NCBI GenBank assembly: GCA_032718475.1
Contig: JAUCBJ010003769.1
Span: 1 to 34,313, forward strand
DNA: 34,313 nt
Direction of reading: 5' to 3'
Source of the DNA: Nemertoderma westbladi
Lineage: Eukaryota > Animalia > Xenacoelomorpha
Under the pieces are notes generated by a model. The model had not been told where the DNA came from. It did no database searches and saw only the letters and a list, made by a program, of their open reading frames with translations. This document shows, piece by piece, positions 12,836 to 23,340 of the stretch. Positions within the stretch are counted from its first letter, which is position 1; each line of letters opens with the position of its first letter. A program made the translations under genes and the position numbers.

Positions 12836-12869
12836 TGCGGTTTGCCGCTTTAATAATGTTTTGCCGCTT

Positions 12870-13140
12870 TTCGTCAAAATTGCACCTCCAAAATCCCTAC
12901 CACCCATGTGACTTTCGTGAGATTATCCGTATCTTCAAGGCCGATGTCCTTGAGAGGCATCTTAAGAAGGCACGGGCTGTCCATCTTGCTTATTTTCTCC
13001 ATGAGATAGCCAAAACACAAGATTGTATACAAAATGGTCCTCACCACAAAAGCAATGTCATGCATAGCGGAGGCAGCTTTGCCCAAGTCTCAAGCTTTCT
13101 TGGGTGGACCAATATTATATAGTGTCTGGTTAGAGATGTG
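12870..13140 (-). mobile_element. RTE-clade LINE 3' fragment
   Basis: Nucleotide similarity to 23420-23685 (CCGTATCTTCAAGGCC, GGGCTGTCCA, AAAGCAATGTC..GCGGAGGC, ATAGTGTCTGGTT). Confidence 0.7.
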
Positions 13141-15588
13141 TATAGATAGATAGATAGATATATAGAGATTACATAAATATTCTGGAATTATAGATTTTTC
13201 AGTTTGAAAAATATTTGAATGCAATTTGATAGTACATGGTCAAATTTTTACTACCAGTCAACACCCCACCCAAATGAACTTTCAGCCATGTTCAAATGCC
13301 ATCCTTCATTTTGTAGCACTCGGATAAAGTTCTGCCTGATTTCGCCAAACAGTGCGACCAGCCAGCATGTTTCAGCTTCATGTGTGCAGACTAGTCCTTT
13401 GTACAAGATTGGGCTTCACCTGATTAGGGAGTTTGTCAAGCTTTGATTCTTTTTCAAAGGGGAAATTTATCTGGAAAAGTATCACACCTGACACTTCATG
13501 TTTTATTACCAGCAATTGGGATTGTTGTATCTCGTCGAGAGATAACCCTACATTTGTTATTTCAATTGTTATTTATATTTACAGTTATTGATGAAGCTTA
13601 TATTAAAATGACTGGCAATGTTTATTGGATTTATTTATTGCCCTCATCGATACCAAGAAGAACAATAATAATAATCTTTCAACGACAGCTGTGCATAAAA
13701 TAGTTTACTATCGATTTATGAATCAAAGGTGTTGAGTAGAAGATATACAAGTGGACCCCAACTGGTACATTTTTTTATATAATCGATCAATAAGCCCACT
13801 TTTATGCTTGGATAACAAGCCCATACCAAATACAAGGTTATATTTGTTATTATGTTACTATTGTTATTATTAAATTACATCACGCAACATATTTAAAGTG
13901 ATTAATAATCAGCCCATATCTACCATGGTAAATTATCACACCCAAAGAAATATGGCATACTTGCACCTAATTTGATCGAAAAAGTTTCCTTGCAGCGGTA
14001 TTACGCTACCATTAAGCGGTTATAAGTAAAAGATGAGTAATTCCTGCATGAGTATTAGAGCGATGCATTACATTGGGTTATAAATGCAGGAAATATATTG
14101 ACTTTCAGAGGTAGAAGAATAACAAAATTTCCTAATTAACTTGTTTTAGCACCTCTAAAGCGTAAACACCTCTAATTAATTTCCTAATATCAAAATCATC
14201 GTCGCATCTGTCGTGTATAACATGGCGGATATAGGGAAACAGATTTGTTCTAGAAAGTACTCGAACGCAAAGGAAAAATGTACAAGTTGATACAATAAGA
14301 TTTACTAAATAAGATTTTTTGAAAATTTTATAAAAAAATTTTTTGTCATATATTAGAAATTCCAGAATTGAAAATATTCTATTTTTTTCTATTGATTGTA
14401 ATCGAAAACGGTTTCGAAATTTTGAATCAGCGCATCAATATTGACCAGAAAACGTGTTTTCGGACAAAATTTTTTTTGCGCGTGATTTTTGGCCAAATAT
14501 AACAAACGCTGATATTTGGTGAAAAGTTGAGCAAGAATAAATGGTTTAATAAGTAATTGGACCAGTTTAGATAAAAATCTCTTTTGGACTAAAACATGTT
14601 AAAGTTTAAAAAATAAATAAGCATAGAATTTTAAGAAAATTAATTTTCCCCACAGTGGTTTTTTTAAGATTTCGTGATTTAGTACCAGTACGAGCCTGAA
14701 AGGGACTCGAAACGTGTCAGAAGCTGCCTACCATCGCCCAACACGACTGACACGGAGCGGACAGATTGGGTATCAAAAGTTGGTGGGGTGGTTAAAATCT
14801 TATAAAGTAAAGTCAGTAGTCCTATAAAGTAAAATACTTATCTGTCATTTGTACTGTAGGTTTATTAACTCTTATGAATATTTGGTGTTATTAGTAGTAG
14901 GGTCTTGGGCGGCTCTGCGACAGTTAGACCACACTGACACCCATTGGGTGTCATATGACACCCAATTATCACCCTATGGGTGTCATTGGGTGTCATTGGC
15001 GCCAGACTGTCTGGGTGACACCTCCCAATTAGGCTAATTAGACCCTAATTGACAGGTGTCATCAATTAATTAGTACAATTAAACCCTAACAGGTGTCATA
15101 TGACTCCTAATTAGGGTTTAATTGATTATCCTAATTAATCAGACTGATTAGCGCCCTGACACACAATGGGTCATCAGTGTTGTCTAACTGTCGCAGAGCC
15201 GGCTCAAGAGGGTGTCATAAGTGACACCGCAGCTCTTTTATTCATTAATACTTATTTATTTATATTTAATTTTAAATTAATTAATTGTACTTTATTTTAG
15301 ATTTACCAATAATTAGTTTTATATATTGGTTTCTATATGACCTCATTGACTTTCATCTCGTTATACTTAGCCATAGGGTATACAGCTCCCTTACTGGTAA
15401 CTAATTACTCTTATCTATATCAAGACAGCTTTATCGTTGACCTTTGACCTTTGACCCCCAATTAGCTTTAACCAAGCAACAGCTTATTAATAATAGTTGT
15501 ATCCAAGCGCCCCACCCCCCCACCCCGTGACAGCTCTGATTACTAATTACTCTTACCTATATCCAGCCGTCTGCAGTTCCATAGTCTG

Positions 15589-15980
15589 CCGCTAGAGGGC
15601 ATATGATCTGAAATTAACATCTTCTCTAACTTTGCTATTTTCATTCCGAATGGGTTTAAACTCGGTAGGCATCTACTACGGCATAGGCCATATCTTTTGC
15701 GGAGCCATAGAGTAGTATGAAGTTCCCCTGTCTACCGCTAGAGGGCGTGTTATTTAAAAATTAACATCTTCTCTAGCTTTGTTATTTACAATCCGCAAAA
15801 CTATGAAGTTATATTGCTTAAGGGTTCTAAGGGGCGAGCCATGAGGCAAGATGTTTGAGACTTATTTAGATATATTATTACTTAATTTTGACCCCCCAAA
15901 CGGCATCTACTACGGCATAGGCTATATCTTTTGCAGAGTCACAGAGTAGTATGAAGTTCCCCAGTCTGCCGCTAGAGGAC
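15589..15980 (+). promoter_or_regulatory. Three CTCF-like motifs (CCGCTAGAGG[G/A]C) in the left arm
   Basis: At 15589-15600, 15735-15746 and 15969-15980. Close to the CTCF core CCASYAGRKGGC. Confidence 0.4.
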
Positions 15981-16076
15981 GAAATGTCTCAAAGTGAAAA
16001 CCATACGGTAGCCATGAATTGGTTACTAGGCAATAATACTGCATTTTGCAACGTTAGGCCTATTGCTGACCGAACG

Positions 16077-16160
16077 AAAACTGCCCTGGTTCATGCAGGG
16101 GTCGAACCCATGACATACGAGAGATGTGAATTCTACGCAACCACTACACCAAGGTGGAAC
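16077..16160 (-). ncRNA. tRNA-like RNA polymerase III unit, left arm copy
   Basis: Mirror of 20149-20232 with A box, B box and T4 terminator. Confidence 0.45.
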
Positions 16161-16223
16161 AGTAACCTTCGAATTTGTTCGTTGACGTTCGAATTTGTAA
16201 GACTCTCATTTAAGACTTGACAC

Positions 16224-17337
16224 AGACTATGCCTCACCGAGGCATAGACTATGACTCACTGAGGCATAGACTATGCCTCATTGAGGCACTGAGGCATAGA
16301 CTATGCCTCACTGAGGCACTGAGGCATAGACTATGCCTCACTGAGGCATAGACTATGCCTCACTGAGGCATAGACTAGGTCTCACTGAGGCATAGACTAG
16401 GCCTCACTGAGGCACTGAGGCATATACTATGACTCACTGAGGCATAGACTATGACTCACTGAGGCATAGACTATGCCTCACTGAGGCATAGACTATGCCT
16501 CACTGAGGCATAGACTATGCCTCACTGGGGCACTGAGGCATAGACTATGCCTCACTGAGGCATAGACTATGACTCACTGAGGCATAGACTATGCCTCACT
16601 GAGGCATTGAGGCATAGACTATGACTCACTGAGGCATAGACTATGCCTCACTGAGGCATAGACTATGCCTTACTGAGGCACTGAGGCATAGACTAGGCCT
16701 CACTGAGGCATAGACTATGCCTCACTGAGGCATAGACTATACCTCACTGAGGCATAGACTATGCCTCACTGAGGCACTGAGGCATAGACTATGACTCACT
16801 GAGGCATAGACTATGCCTCACTGAGGCACTGAGGCATAGACTATGCCTCACTGAGGCATAGACTAGGCCTCACTGAGGCATAGACTATGCCTCACTGAGG
16901 CACTGAAGCATAGACTATGACTCACTGAGGCATAGACTATGCCTCACTGAGGCATAGACTATGCCTCACTGAGGCATAGACTATGCCTCACTGAGGCATA
17001 GACTATGACTCACTGAGGCATAGACTATGCCTCACTGAGGCATAGACTATGCCTCACTGGGGACTGAGGCATAGACTATGCCTCACTGAGGCACTGAGGC
17101 ATAGACTATGACTCACTGAGGCATAGACTATGCCTCACTGAGGCATAGACCATGCCTCACTGAGGCATTGAGGCATAGACTATGACTCACTGAGGCATAG
17201 ACTATGCCTTACTGAGGCACTGAGGCATAGACTAGGCCTCACTGAGGCATAGACTATGCCTCACTGAGGCACTGAGGCATAGAATATGACTCACTGAGGC
17301 ATAGACTATGCCTCATTGAGGCATAGACTATGCCTCA
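16224..17337 (+). repeat. Palindromic minisatellite, 22-bp unit CTATGCCTCA-C-TGAGGCATAG-A
   Basis: Directly visible. Variants include TGACTCA for TGCCTCA and an inserted 8-mer CTGAGGCA. Confidence 0.97.
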
Positions 17338-17759
17338 CCATGGATGGGCTTTACCACTGTACTCGCATCTGCTGTCTCATTGGCTGCTCGATGCCTCAGA
17401 TTAAGGGTCTAAGGTCTTCAAGCTGACCATTTGCTTAGTTTTCTAATTAGAAGGTCGTGAGTTCGAACCCTAGAAGAGCATTATTCTTTTTCCTAGCACT
17501 CGGCTGACTCTAGTGACCACTAGCTTTGACTCTCCCAGCTATAGTGATAGTATGCAACCTTGGGAGTTAATGTGAGTAAAGGCCAAGAGATTAGACTTCA
17601 GGTTGCCTCTATTGGTTCATTCTTCTTAACTTTATAAAATAACTCAACCCTTATTTAAAGTTTTAAAAATTATGACTTAGTCGACCAATTTTCCAAAGTA
17701 TATTATAAAAACATATAATTTCTTGAATAAATAGACCTAATAGTAATAAATATTGTGGG

Positions 17760-17885
17760 GTAAATACATTTATAATACTAATATAATTATTATGGATAAA
17801 TAGTCCTAATACTATTATAATTGTTATGGATAAATAGTCCTAATACTAATATAATTGTTTTGGATAAATAGCCCTAACACTATTA
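17760..17885. repeat. 34-bp AT-rich tandem repeat in the cargo gene 3' region
   Basis: TGGATAAATAG(T/C)CCTAA starts at 17793, 17827 and 17861. Homologous to about 32180-32300. Confidence 0.8.
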
Positions 17886-17910
17886 TGAAAGGAACTCAAA
17901 CAAACAAATG

Positions 17911-18961
17911 TCAATAGCGTCGTCCTGCGCGGGCATATACTGAACGAGAGTTTTTTATCATAGGTCTTCGAAAATTAGTAAAAGCTGGTTGATTTACTTT
18001 ACTTTCATCTTCCTCATTACCCAACTGTTTCTTAATTTTATTCAATTGTTCATTAATTTTCAGTAATTTACTTTTATTTCCCAGAACCTGTCTTAATATC
18101 TCTTCTCTATTTTCCTCATTTTCTTCCATTTGTTTAATAAATTTCCGCATTTGATTTTTGTTTCCTAATATTTGTCTCAATATCTCTTCTTTATTTTCAT
18201 CATTCTCTTCTAAATGTTTAATAAATTTCTGTAATTTAATTTTGCTTCCTAGGACTTGGGTCAATGTCGCCTCTTTATTTTCTTCATTTTCCTTCAAATG
18301 TTTAATAATTTTCCGCAATTGATTCTTATTTCCAAGTAATTGCCTCTTTATTTCCTCATTATCATCATTTTCATCCTCTTCTCCACTTTCCTGATCTTCA
18401 CTTTCTTCACCCTCTTTCTGACCTTCCTTTCTTATCCTCTTCCCCGCCTTCACTTTCTTCATCGTCTTCCTGTTCTTCACTTTCTTCATCCTCTTCCTGT
18501 TCTTCACTTTCTTCATTCTCTTCCTGACCTTCGCTATCTTCACCCTCTTCTTGACCTTCACTTTCTTCATCATCATCCTGATCTTCACTTTCTTCGTTCT
18601 CAACTTCACTCTCTTCAACTTCATCCTGACCCTCACTATTTTCATTCTCCATCTCATCATCCTCTTCTTCTCCATCTTTCTCACTCAAATTTTCCTCATT
18701 TTCTAGGGGTAACTGTTTTTGTATCCCTTTCAAAATATTCATAACTTTATGAAATTTACTTTCCATTGTCTGTTTTATATTTAATATATCACGCTCATCT
18801 CTCTTTTTCTTTTCATCTTCACTAAAAATATCTTCGGATTTTTTAAATTTTTTTGGTAATGGAGCCATTAGTTTTTCCTTTCCATGTGTTTCCATATGAC
18901 GAGATAAATTGTCTTGTCTCATTTCTTTATTACAAACCAAACAACTTTCATGTCTATGCAT
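17911..18961 (-). pseudogene. Cargo gene, frameshifted copy: C2H2-like finger, acidic repeats and four 28-aa helical repeats
   Basis: ORF 18407-18961 gives the N-terminus and the 3' part of ORF 17911-18684 gives the C-terminus of the protein seen intact at 31105-32154. Two 1-bp deletions near 18425-18435 relative to the acidic repeat unit. Confidence 0.85.
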
Positions 18962-19099
18962 TATATAGCAATGTCAATTGATAATATTGAATTTTAGCTA
19001 AATGATTTTACAAAATTTTAAATAAATTAAACTTTTATGAAAATAAATAAAACTTTTTAATATAAAACTTAGAGAATGACTGGGAATGCGTTGAACGGG

Positions 19100-19200
19100 G
19101 GTTATTATAGAGGGAGGCTAGAATGGATTATCCAATCAGAGTGCGAGGGTGAGTTAGGCAGCCAATCAGGACTCGAGGGAGGAAAGTTAGACAGCCAATG
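19100..19200 (-). promoter_or_regulatory. Putative Pol II promoter of the cargo gene: TATA-like box and three CCAAT boxes
   Basis: CCAAT at 19132, 19162 and 19195 (spacing 30 and 33 bp). TATAATA on the minus strand at 19103-19109, also kept in copy 2 at about 30958. Confidence 0.55.
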
Positions 19201-19412
19201 AGAGAGTAGATGCGAGTACAGTGGTAAAGCCCATCCATAGTGAGATAACGTCACACTAACTCTCAAGGATAGTTATACTCACCATTCAAATATCCCTCGC
19301 AAACCAGATTCCCCCCCAGCATCTAAAGTATTCCACTTCAATGCAAAATATATAGAGCTTTAGTTGGATTTGAACCTGTGCTTGTAAACTTTTTTGTGCT
19401 CGTATATTGAAG

Positions 19413-20085
19413 TGAGGCATAGACTATGCCTCACTGAGGCATAGTCTATGCCTCAGTGCCTCAGTGAGGCATAGTCTATGCCTCAATGAGTCATAGTCTA
19501 TGCCTCAGTGCCTCAGTGAGGCATAGTCTATGCCTCAGTGAGTCATAGTCTATGCCTCAGTGCCTCAGTGCGGCATAGTCTATGCCTCAGTGAGGCATAG
19601 TCTATGCCTCAGTGCCTCAGTGAGGCATAGTCTATGCCTCAGTGAGACATAGTCTATGCCTCAGTGAGGCATAGTCTATGCCTCAGTGAGTCATATTCTA
19701 TGCCTCAGTGCCTCAGTGAATCATAGTCTATGCCTCAGTGAGGCATAGCCTATGCCTCAGTGAGGCATAGTCTATGCCTCAGTGCCTCAGTGAGGCATAG
19801 TCTACGCCTCAATGAGGCATAGTCTATCCCTCAGTGAGTCATAGTCTATGCCTCAGTGCCTCAGTGAGGCATAGTCTATGCCTCAGTGCCTCAGTGAGGC
19901 ATAATCTATGCCTCAGTGAGTCATAGTCTATGCCTAAGTGCCTCAGTGAGTCATAGTCTATGCCTCAGCTGAGGCATAGTCTATGCCTCATGCCTCAGTG
20001 AGGCATAGTCTATGCCTCAGTGCCTCAGTGAGTCATAGTCTATGCCTCAGTGAGTCATAGTCTATGCCTCAGTGAGGCATAGTCT
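19413..20085 (-). repeat. Palindromic minisatellite, right arm (inverted relative to the left array)
   Basis: Unit TGAGGCATAG-T-CTATGCCTCA-G. The spacer bases T/G are the complements of A/C in the left array. Confidence 0.97.
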
Positions 20086-21649
20086 GTGTCAAGTCTTAAA
20101 TGAGAGTCTTACAAATTCGAACGTCAACGAACAAATTCGAAGGTTACTGTTCCACCTTGGTGTAGTGGTTGCGTAGAATTCACATCTCTCGTATGTCATG
20201 GGTTCGACCCCTGCATGAACCAGGGCAGTTTTCGTTCGGTCAGCAATAGGCCTAACGTTGCAAAATGCAGTATTATTGCCTAGTAACCAATTCATGGCTA
20301 CCGTATGGTTTTCACTTTGAGACATTTCGTCCTCTAGCGGCAGACTGGGGAACTTCATACTACTCTGTGACTCTGCAAAAGATATAGCCTATGCCGTAGT
20401 AGATGCCGTTTGGGGGGTCAAAATTAAGTAATAATATATCTAAATAAGTCTCAAACATCTTGCCTCATGGCTCGCCCCTTAGAACTCTTAAGCAATATAA
20501 CTTCATAGTTTTGCGGATTGTAAATAACAAAGCTAGAGAAGATGTTAATTTTCAAATAATACACCCTCTAGCGGCAGACAGGGGAACTTCAGACTACTCT
20601 ATGTCTCCGCAAAATATATAGCCTATGCCGTAGTAGATGCCGATTGGGGGGTCAAATTAAGTAATAATATATCTAAATAAGCCTCAAACATCTTGCCTCA
20701 TGGCTCGCCCCTTAGAACCCTTAAGCAATATAACTTCATAGTTTTGCGGATTGTAAATAACAAAGCTAGAGAAGATGTTAATTTTTAAATAATACGCCCT
20801 CTAGCGGTAGACAGGGGAACTTCAGCCTACTCTATGCCTCCGCAAAAGATATGGCCTATGCCGTAGTAGATGCCTGCCGAGTTTAAACCCATTCGGAATG
20901 AAAATAGCAAAGTTAGAGAAGATGTTAATTTCAGATCATATGCCCTCTAGCGGCAGACTATGGAACTGCAGACGGCTGGATATAGGTAAGAGTAATTAGT
21001 AATCAGAGCTGTCACGGGGTGGGGGGGTGGGGCGCTTGGATACAACTATTATTAATAAGCTGTTGCTTGGTTAAAGCTAATTGGGGGTCAAAGGTCAAAG
21101 GTCAACGATAAAGCTGTCTTGATATAGATAAGAGTAATTAGTTACCAGTAAGGGAGCTGTATACCCTATGGCTAAGTATAACGAGATGAAAGTCAATGAG
21201 GTCATATAGAAACCAATATATAAAACTAATTATTGGTAAATCTAAAATAAAGTACAATTAATTAATTTAAAATTAAATATAAATAAATAAGTATTAATGA
21301 ATAAAAGAGCTGCGGTGTCACTTATGACACCCTCTTGAGCCGGCTCTGCGACAGTTAGACAACACTGATGACCCATTGTGTGTCAGGGCGCTAATCAGTC
21401 TGATTAATTAGGATAATCAATTAAACCCTAATTAGGAGTCATATGACACCTGTTAGGGTTTAATTGTACTAATTAATTGATGACACCTGTCAATTAGGGT
21501 CTAATTAGCCTAATTGGGAGGTGTCACCCAGACAGTCTGGCGCCAATGACACCCAATGACACCCATAGGGCGATAATTGGGTGTCATATGACACCCAATG
21601 GGTGTCAGTTGGGTCTAACTGTCGCAGAGCCGCCCAAGACCCTACTACT
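20086..21649 (-). repeat. Right terminal inverted repeat, non-satellite part, with an extra approximately 233-bp tandem unit
   Basis: Units start CCTCTAGCGG at 20331, 20565 and 20798. Otherwise the reverse complement of 14893-16223. Confidence 0.95.
20149..20232 (+). ncRNA. tRNA-like RNA polymerase III unit, right arm copy
   Basis: A box TGGTGTAGTGG at 20158-20168, B box GGTTCGACCCC at 20201-20211, TTTT at 20229-20232. The cloverleaf is only partial. Confidence 0.45.
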
Positions 21650-22319
21650 GTTATTATTGTTGTGGGGAAGCCCATATATTTAGAATCAAGTCTCAGAATT
21701 AGGTTACTTCGGGTTATTTCTATGAGTGTTCGGAATTATAAATTTGATATTCAACCAACATTTATATTCTTTTTGCGACCTGCATGACATATCAACTTCC
21801 CCCAACAACACGCAATAATACCAGTGACTAGTTTTAGGGGATTTGGTGACATTCCTCAGGGCTTAAATCGGCCTCTATCCATGAGGATCCAGGATTGAAG
21901 GCAACAAATTGTGAGACCATGGTTGAAGAAATGAAGTTTATTATTATCAAGAGTTTGATAGTCACCGTTATTTAATTGTTGCTAAGTAGGTAACAATAAT
22001 CAATTGATGAAAATAGGTAAAAGGCAGTTTATAAGTCAGGTGAAGGCTAGTTGGGGATGGCTTGAAGATGTAAAGCTGGTTTTAGACCAAACAAGGTTAT
22101 AACATCGCAGCTCATTTCGTGATCATAGTCCGTTGCTGCACGTCCACAAAAGTGACAGCTTGTAATGTAATTATTGGTTACAATTGTGTTAATATGTAAG
22201 AGAGTGGGGGAGAAGTGTTGGAATGGAGAGATCATGGGGAGACCAGTACGGTAGGACGTTGTTTGAATAAGAAATTGGAAATTGAGAACTGTTTATATGA
22301 AATCCAAGTTGTTGATATT

Positions 22320-23100
22320 ACAAGCTGCAAGTAGAGGCTGAGGCCGCAAGCATTTTTGGTCAGTGCAAAACATAATGGATTCAACTACGTTAATTATAAA
22401 CTAAGAATATATTACTGTTACAGGGGTACATGAACACTGTCTCATTTAATTAGGAACATTCCATACAGTAGGTCATTCTGTGAAAATATCGTCAAAATTT
22501 ATGCAGTGATCCAAAAGTTAGACAAATATGAAGATATATTTAGCGCAACCTAGCGCCAGACCATGAAGTTGCGCGATGCCAGAATATGAGATTTGCTATC
22601 AAATATGATGCAGTGGTTCAAGAGTTATTAAGTTATATTTAGCACCTCCTAGTGGCGGACCATAAAATTTCGGGAAACTAGGAAGTGTCTCATTGAATTA
22701 AGAACATCCAATATGTCATTCAGTGAAAGTTTCGACAAAATTGATGCAGTGGTTCAAAGATTTTGTAGCATAGACGAGAGTGATATTTAAAGCCTCCTAG
22801 CAGCGGTCCATTAAATTGTGGGACCCAACATTGACAATTGAATTATAACATTACATACTGTAGGTTATTCTGTGAAAGTAGATACAGTGGTTCAAAAGTT
22901 ATTACGCCTAGAAGAAGTGATGTTTACCACCTAGCACCAGACCGACAGAACCGTTACTGAGATATTGGCACCCAAACAGAGCCAGACAGACAGCTACATA
23001 ATTGGTGGACAGCTGAACGCCAATTTGGCCATATGGGTGGCGAGAAACAAAGAAGCAAGAATTAGCATACAGATTAATACAGGGCCAAATCAGCGTTGTA
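22320..23100. mobile_element. Diverged HINE/DINE-like element with internal tandem repeats
   Basis: Three to four diverged units containing (T/C)ATTCTGTGAAA...ATGCAGTGGTTCAAAAG and CCTCCTAG(T/C)GGC-like motifs, plus CAGA repeats near 22980. Confidence 0.4.
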
Positions 23101-23220
23101 TCTATCTGTCTGCCCGTATGTAGGTCTGCCTGTCCGGCTCAAGGTTTGGACGCCAGTAGAGAAAAGTTTAGGGTTTAGAAATTTTAGGGAATTTTGGTGT
23201 CCCACCGTGAATGATCCACC

Positions 23221-23340
23221 ACAACCAGGCGCTAAATATCACTTCGTCTTCGCTTAAAACTTTTGAAGGACTTTTAAAAGTTTTTTAAAATAAATTATAC
23301 ATTATGCATACATATATAATACAATAAATATTATTATTGT
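23221..23340 (+). repeat. 120-bp direct repeat, left copy (probable TSD of the RTE insertion)
   Basis: Matches 25435-25554 with 3 mismatches counted by eye. Confidence 0.9.

Larger units (their letters stand above)
14893..16223 (+). repeat. Left terminal inverted repeat, non-satellite part
   Basis: Reverse complement of 20086-21649 except for one extra approximately 233-bp unit on the right. Explains the identical 89-aa ORFs at 15951-16220 and 20089-20358. Confidence 0.95.
14893..21649. mobile_element. Non-autonomous Polinton/Maverick-like element, 6757 bp, with 6-bp TSD and over 2-kb composite inverted arms
   Basis: Begins AGTAGTAGGGTCTTGGGCGG and ends CCGCCCAAGACCCTACTACT. GTTATT at 14887-14892 and 21650-21655. 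Arms are near-identical in inverted orientation. Confidence 0.8.

Noticed and set aside
13203-13446. Possible next exon of the TSP1/LamG gene (Cys-containing ORF 13219-13446)
   Set aside because: The nearest good acceptor (13202) gives an immediate stop in phase 1 and early stops in the other phases.
15951-16220. Identical 89-aa ORFs here and at 20089-20358
   Set aside because: The identity is due to the inverted arms. The ORF spans a repeat unit and the tRNA-like segment and has no recognisable domain.
16224-17337. CRISPR-like appearance of the palindromic repeats
   Set aside because: No unique spacers, no cas genes, and a eukaryotic context.
20149-20232. Functional tRNA gene
   Set aside because: The acceptor, D and anticodon stems pair poorly. 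Kept only as a tRNA-like Pol III unit.
22047-22235. CHFC...H...C motif resembling a LINE C-terminal zinc knuckle
   Set aside because: Too short and degenerate, with no adjoining RT motifs recognised.
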